Shown here in pieces: positions 56,821 to 61,593 of a stretch of DNA of 61,593 nt. Origin of the DNA: Alistipes sp. (lineage in GTDB: Bacteria > Bacteroidota > Bacteroidia > Bacteroidales > Rikenellaceae); the NCBI GenBank assembly GCA_045659225.1, contig JAZOWM010000012.1, positions 1-61,593 on the forward strand. The letters run 5' to 3'. Below the pieces are notes generated by a model. The model was not told the origin of the DNA and did not search any database. It saw nothing but the letters and a program-made list of their open reading frames with translations. The first letter of the stretch is position 1. Each line of letters begins with the position of its first letter. A program made the translations under genes and the position numbers.

Positions 56821-57195
56821 CTACAACTCTGTTTTCCACAATCCGTGGAGGTTGCAATACTCGTAGACTGCGATAGGCTTCGAGTCACAAGTGCAGAATA
56901 CCGCCTCAGGTTTATCGGTCAAATCGATGCGGTGACCACCATTCTCGGTCTCTACGTAGATAAAGCAGATGTGGTGCTCAGGCAACATTGGATGAGCCAC
57001 GCTACCCACCTCAACCTTGATGTGGTTATCATCAATCTTTGTAACAACGGGAACGTGCTTCTCGTTGCTTGCATCAACGGTATTTGGTACCAACTCCTGC
57101 ATAGGTACACCACAACATACAACAGGAACTTTAGAGTCTACCACCTTCTGAATAACATTGCCGCAATGAGGGCAAACATAAAATTTAACAGCCAT
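56821..57195 (-). CDS. Desulfoferrodoxin / superoxide reductase
   Basis: CPHCGN..CCG..M, EKHVP, HPM..EHHI and YCNLHGLW. Confidence 0.95.
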   Translation of the reverse strand: MAVKFYVCPHCGNVIQKVVDSKVPVVCCGVPMQELVPNTVDASNEKHVPVVTKIDDNHIKVEVGSVAHPMLPEHHICFIYVETENGGHRIDLTDKPEAVFCTCDSKPIAVYEYCNLHGLWKTEL

Positions 57196-57230
57196 AATAT
57201 TCTGAATTTTAAGGTTTTTAACAATATAAT

Positions 57231-58361
57231 TTATTTTATTTTTCTCTTATCAATCAAGCAAAAATCTATTCTCTCGTACGGCGAGGCGTTACCGCACTCG
57301 AAGAGTACGCCAACTTGCTTTCGTGGCATAATCACTATGTCCGAGTAGGCAGATAATCCACTCTCCAAAACTGTGCCAGAACTCCACGTCTTACCTCCAT
57401 CGCGGCTTTGTCTTAGGGTTAATTGCTCCCTGGCGCGCGTTGAGGCTGGGTTGCTGAACAACAGATGGTTTGTTGCACGACCCTTCTCCGAGTAGCCAAT
57501 TATCGAGCCTTGGCACACCGGTTCAATCAGTTGTGCATCGCGCACCACCTCGCTCGATGTAAGTGCACCGTCGCAACTTACTGCGTAGTGACGAGCATAT
57601 CGGTCTGCTCCTCGTTGCCACCTCGAGTTGTGCATTATGTCGCCATTTGCCAACTCCGCAACAGTAGACTCGTTGCCACCCTTCAAAGTTGCACCTATAT
57701 GCCAATTCTCGCCACAATCGTCGGAGTAGATGAGGTGAGCATTGTAGTAGGTGCGACCGCCCTCGTAGAGCGAATGAACACACGGTACAACTACCCTGCC
57801 GCGATGCGACTTGTGTTGCAACTGAATGGCGTGACAAGGTCCTGTGGCATACCACGCCCACTCGTTGCGCTTGGTCGAGGATGTAATCTCGCGCGGAGTG
57901 CTCCACTTGCGACCATCATCGTCGGAATGGCAGATAAAAACTCGTCGTGTATCGTGCGACTTACGCCTCATAATTGCACGCTCCTTGTCGTCACCGCGAT
58001 TCCAACTCATAAGCAACAATATGCGACCACTCTCTCTGTCTACAACTGGCGATGGATTGCCGCAAGTGTTCTCCGCATCGTCCCATACGACGATAATATC
58101 GCCCCACGATGCTCCCCCATCCTCCGAACGACGCACAACCAAGTCGATGTTTCCCGCATCGCCTATGCCGTCGCGCCTTGCCTCAGCAAATGCCAACAAC
58201 GTATTGTTTGCGGTGCGCACGATAGCCGGAATGCGGAATGCCGAGTAGCCACTCATACCACTGCTATAGACCGTTGTGCGGAGCGATGTTGTCTCCGACG
58301 AACGACCAAACGCAATGCTGGTGAGGAGTGATAATGCGATTATGGAGAGCAACCTCTTCAT
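57231..58361 (-). CDS. Sialidase (GH33), secreted
   Basis: FRIP motif; Asp boxes SEDGGASW, SDDDGRKW, SDDCGENW and SRDGGKTW; SAYSD. Confidence 0.9.
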   Translation of the reverse strand: MKRLLSIIALSLLTSIAFGRSSETTSLRTTVYSSGMSGYSAFRIPAIVRTANNTLLAFAEARRDGIGDAGNIDLVVRRSEDGGASWGDIIVVWDDAENTCGNPSPVVDRESGRILLLMSWNRGDDKERAIMRRKSHDTRRVFICHSDDDGRKWSTPREITSSTKRNEWAWYATGPCHAIQLQHKSHRGRVVVPCVHSLYEGGRTYYNAHLIYSDDCGENWHIGATLKGGNESTVAELANGDIMHNSRWQRGADRYARHYAVSCDGALTSSEVVRDAQLIEPVCQGSIIGYSEKGRATNHLLFSNPASTRAREQLTLRQSRDGGKTWSSGTVLESGLSAYSDIVIMPRKQVGVLFECGNASPYERIDFCLIDKRKIK

Positions 58362-58373
58362 ATTATCAAATCA

Positions 58374-58754
58374 TTAGAACGCCCACAACCAAGGAATTAC
58401 CGAAACGACCAAGAGCAGAAGCAACACCAAATAGAGCGATGTACGCAGACTTCTGCTGGCGATGTGCTTCTTGAAGTAGGCGTCAATCATCTGCCAATGG
58501 AGTGCGATATGCACCACCAGCAACACCATCACTATGACGCCCGCCCAGAGGTGGATGTGCGCCCAAGTGCGGCGTGTCCACACCTCGAAGAAAGATGTTG
58601 CCGCCTCGCGTACCCACTCCGACTCGGCGGTACGGCGCAGAGGTGCGATGATTCGAATTACTATACCGCTGATGCTCGTTACTACCATCGCGACAAACAT
58701 CACGAGGTCGATAATAATGTTTGTTGTCAATCTGTTTTTCATAGTTGTTTGCAT
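58374..58754 (-). CDS. DUF4405-type membrane protein (cytochrome b-like)
   Basis: ID..MF....SG and W..IH.W.G......LVVHIALHW; three TM helices. Confidence 0.75.
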   Translation of the reverse strand: MQTTMKNRLTTNIIIDLVMFVAMVVTSISGIVIRIIAPLRRTAESEWVREAATSFFEVWTRRTWAHIHLWAGVIVMVLLVVHIALHWQMIDAYFKKHIASRSLRTSLYLVLLLLLVVSVIPWLWAF

Positions 58755-58902
58755 TTCTGTTACTACAAAGGTAAACCTTTATTTCGGATAAAGCAAATCA
58801 TAAATTTTGATGTTTCTATAAGCAAAAACTATCTTCTCGTTGATTATATTATCTTTTATTTCCCCATTTTTTCTATATTTGCAACAAATTAGCGAGGAAA
58901 AG

Positions 58903-59568
58903 ATGAAGAATAAAATCAAAAAACTTATCTATATTCCAACCTTCGGCGAGGAGGTGGCAAACTCGGTTTCGCACGGCGTGATGTCCGTTCTGATGTTGTT
59001 GGCACTACCCTTCTCGGCAGTTTGGGCATACCTACACAACCCCTCGCACTCGGCACTTGCAAGCGCAGGAGTATCGGTTTTTGTGATTAGCATCTTTTTG
59101 ATGTTTCTCTGCTCGACTTTGTATCACTCGATGCAGCCCGAGTCGAAGCATAAGGCTGTGTTCCATATCCTCGACCATATAATGATTTACTTCGCCATTG
59201 CTGGCTCCTACACACCCGTTGCACTCTGCGTTATCGGCGGTTGGCAAGGTGTACTAATTGTCGTTATTCAGTGGGTGATGGTTCTTTTCGGAATATTTTA
59301 TAAGTCGCTGTCGAAGCGTTCGATTCCGTCAATCAGCCTTACTATTTATCTGATTATGGGCTGGATGATAGTCATCTTCTTCCCTCTCTTTTGGAAGCAA
59401 GCCTCTACCCCACTTCTTGCGCTGATTGGCGGTGGCGGCATCTTCTACACCTTGGGCGCTCTCTTCTACGCCAAGAAGGGTTTCCGCTATCACCACCTCG
59501 TGTGGCATCTGCTTATCAACTTGGCGGTGATTTGCCACTTTGTGGGAATTGTTTTCTTTTTGAATTAA
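58903..59568 (+). CDS. Hemolysin III / PAQR family membrane protein
   Basis: EEVANSVSHG, STLYH, LDH..IY..IAGSYTP and HH..WH. Start placed at ATG 58903. Confidence 0.92.
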   Translation: MKNKIKKLIYIPTFGEEVANSVSHGVMSVLMLLALPFSAVWAYLHNPSHSALASAGVSVFVISIFLMFLCSTLYHSMQPESKHKAVFHILDHIMIYFAIAGSYTPVALCVIGGWQGVLIVVIQWVMVLFGIFYKSLSKRSIPSISLTIYLIMGWMIVIFFPLFWKQASTPLLALIGGGGIFYTLGALFYAKKGFRYHHLVWHLLINLAVICHFVGIVFFLN

Positions 59569-59598
59569 AAAAGTTATTTTATACAAAATTCTATAACT

Positions 59599-61395
59599 AT
59601 GAAGTTTTTTAAGGTATTCTTGGCGAGCCTGCTTGCGCTCGTTGTCGGTACAGTAGTATCGTTTGTTTTGTGTATCGCTGTTTTTGTCGGTATGGCGAGC
59701 TCTATGGGGCAAACCTCTCAGGCTATTATCACTCCGCAGACTATCGTAAAGATTGATCTTGCCGAAAATATCACCGAGGCTCCGACCAAAAACCCAATGG
59801 CGGGCTTCGACTATACCACGATGACTATGCCGAAAAACACCCACCTATTGAAGGTGTTGCAGAGCATCGAGGCGGCAAAGTTGGATGCGACAGTTAAGGG
59901 TATCTACCTCAACTTTACGGGAGTAGGGAGTGTAACAACTGGTGCATTGGAGGAGATTCGTGCCGCATTGGTCGATTTCAAGCAGAGTGGCAATTTCGTG
60001 GTGGCATACAACGAGGGATATTCGCAGGGTACAATGTACCTCGCTTCGGTAGCAGATAAAATCTACCTCCACCCAGAGGGAGCTTTCTCGTGGGTAGGTA
60101 TGGCACAGACCTCTCTCTTCTTTAAGGGCGCGCTCGATAAGCTCGGTCTGAATGCCGAGGCCATCCGCCCAACCGTTTGCAAGTACAAGAGCGCCGTTGA
60201 GCCATATATCCGCAAGGAGATGTCGAAGGAGAACAAGGCTCAGATGCAGACCTTGGTCGATGATATGTGGGGCGTGTTGGTTGGCTCGATTGCCGAGAGC
60301 CGCAACCTCGACGCAAAGAAGTTGATGCAGTTGGCGGACAAGTTGGAGATTACACAGCCAGAAGATGCCTTGAAGCACGGCTTGGTCGATGCTCTTATCT
60401 ACGAGGACGAGATGGAGCAGAAATTTGCCGAGTATGGGGTAGAGAAGGGCACAGATGGCGAGTACAACATCATCTCGTTGGGCGACTATATGACATTGGC
60501 TCCTGTTTTGCCTAAGTTTGGTGCGCCGGCAGTGGGTATCATCTATGCCGAAGGTCAGATTTTTGATGGTGCAGGAGAGGATGATAATGTATATAGCGCA
60601 AACCTCGTGGAGGTTGTGAAGAAGGCTCGCAAGGATAAGGATATCAAGGCGGTTGTATTCCGTGTGAATTCACCGGGCGGTAGCGCATTGGCAAGCGATG
60701 TTATCTGGCGCGAGTTGGAGTTGCTCCGCAAAGAGAAGCCGGTAATCGTTTCGATGGGCTCGTACGCTGCGAGTGGTGGTTACTATATCTCTGCGGGCGC
60801 TGATGCGATTATTGCCGATAAGATGACCTTAACAGGCTCGATTGGTGTGTTTGGCTTGTTGCTTGAGGGCGAGAATATGCTCAACAAGCGACTCGGCGTC
60901 ACCACCGATGTTGTGAAGACTGGCCAGTCGGCGGACTTTGGCTCGAACATTATGGGCGTGGGTATTCGCAAGATTACCGACTTGGAGCGCAAGACCTTGC
61001 TTCGCTCGGTGGATAAGGTCTACGAAACATTCACTACAAAGGTGTCGAATGGTCGCAACTTGCCTATGGCAAAGGTTTTGGATATTGCGCAGGGTAGAGT
61101 ATGGTCGGGCACTCGTGCCGTAGAACTCGGCTTGGCAGATGCAAATGGCGGCTTGCGTGAGGCTATCGCTGTGGCTGTGGATAAGGCGGGTATTGCCGAG
61201 AACTTCCGTGTTACCGAGGTGTTGGAGGAGCTTTCTCCAATGGCGCAGATGATGCAGCAGTTGAATATGCAGGTTAAGTCATTCCTCCTCGATGCCGAAA
61301 CTTTGGAGGCTGTCGAGTACTACAACTCGTTGAAGCGTGAGGTTGCACGAGAGGGCGTGCAGGCGTATTGCCCGTATGCTTTCAGCATAAATTGA
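59599..61395 (+). CDS. sppA: Signal peptide peptidase SppA (67K type)
   Basis: KYKSAVEP, RVNSPGGS, SMG..AASGGY, TGSIGV and GRVWSG. Confidence 0.95.
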   Translation: MKFFKVFLASLLALVVGTVVSFVLCIAVFVGMASSMGQTSQAIITPQTIVKIDLAENITEAPTKNPMAGFDYTTMTMPKNTHLLKVLQSIEAAKLDATVKGIYLNFTGVGSVTTGALEEIRAALVDFKQSGNFVVAYNEGYSQGTMYLASVADKIYLHPEGAFSWVGMAQTSLFFKGALDKLGLNAEAIRPTVCKYKSAVEPYIRKEMSKENKAQMQTLVDDMWGVLVGSIAESRNLDAKKLMQLADKLEITQPEDALKHGLVDALIYEDEMEQKFAEYGVEKGTDGEYNIISLGDYMTLAPVLPKFGAPAVGIIYAEGQIFDGAGEDDNVYSANLVEVVKKARKDKDIKAVVFRVNSPGGSALASDVIWRELELLRKEKPVIVSMGSYAASGGYYISAGADAIIADKMTLTGSIGVFGLLLEGENMLNKRLGVTTDVVKTGQSADFGSNIMGVGIRKITDLERKTLLRSVDKVYETFTTKVSNGRNLPMAKVLDIAQGRVWSGTRAVELGLADANGGLREAIAVAVDKAGIAENFRVTEVLEELSPMAQMMQQLNMQVKSFLLDAETLEAVEYYNSLKREVAREGVQAYCPYAFSIN

Positions 61396-61417
61396 GAATT
61401 GAGAATTGAAAATTAAG
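61390..61417. repeat. Heptamer array (AATTGAG)x4 containing the sppA stop codon
   Basis: AATTGAG AATTGAG AATTGAA AATTAAG. Confidence 0.85.
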
Positions 61418-61427
61418 GATTATTTTC

Positions 61428-61460
61428 CCCGAGCAGAGAGATTTGCTCGGGCATTTTTTT
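61428..61460 (+). terminator. Intrinsic terminator after sppA
   Basis: CCCGAGCAGA/TTTGCTCGGG followed by a T-run. Confidence 0.8.
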
Positions 61461-61593
61461 ATAAGAACTCTGCTTTGTTTTTACTTTGACACCCAATCAA
61501 CAAGTCCCAACTGATTTATACTCCTAATTGCGGCAGCGACAATGGAGAGAGGCGGAAGATAGAAATTCTCTTGCCTATATATCTCGACTCTTT

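Overview
Housekeeping-rich chromosomal segment of a Bacteroidales bacterium, probably Rikenellaceae/Alistipes-like. This is inferred from TAnnTTTG -7 promoter boxes, the bamD-rpoZ-coaBC-recN and tRNA-Glu-rpsT gene orders, and GH2/GH3/GH33 enzymes. It holds about 50 CDS, one tRNA-Glu and two parS-like sites beside mnmG, so it is probably origin-proximal. I found no transposase, integrase, reverse transcriptase or CRISPR array. The unusual signal is non-coding. (1) A four-helix-bundle gene (23S-rRNA-IVS-protein/Avd-like) sits inside an ABC-transporter operon between inverted 7-bp tandem arrays that could pair and loop it out. (2) A ybaK/proX gene is bracketed the same way by a different heptamer family. 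(3) About a dozen orphan 7- and 9-bp arrays sit on stop codons, just upstream of -7 promoter boxes, and as a three-family in-frame mosaic inside a btuF-like gene. (4) Three MITE-like hairpin elements with TA/TAA flanks each end exactly on a TAG stop codon, and two share a covarying core. Also notable: a structured tRNA-Glu/rpsT spacer, a hairpin/terminator leader before an AT-rich zinc-ribbon gene, an Omp85-like gene split by one in-frame TAA, an orphan DUF4435/TOPRIM gene and a GH57/GH38-like hybrid. All calls are by-eye motif recognition; no database searches or folding programs were run.
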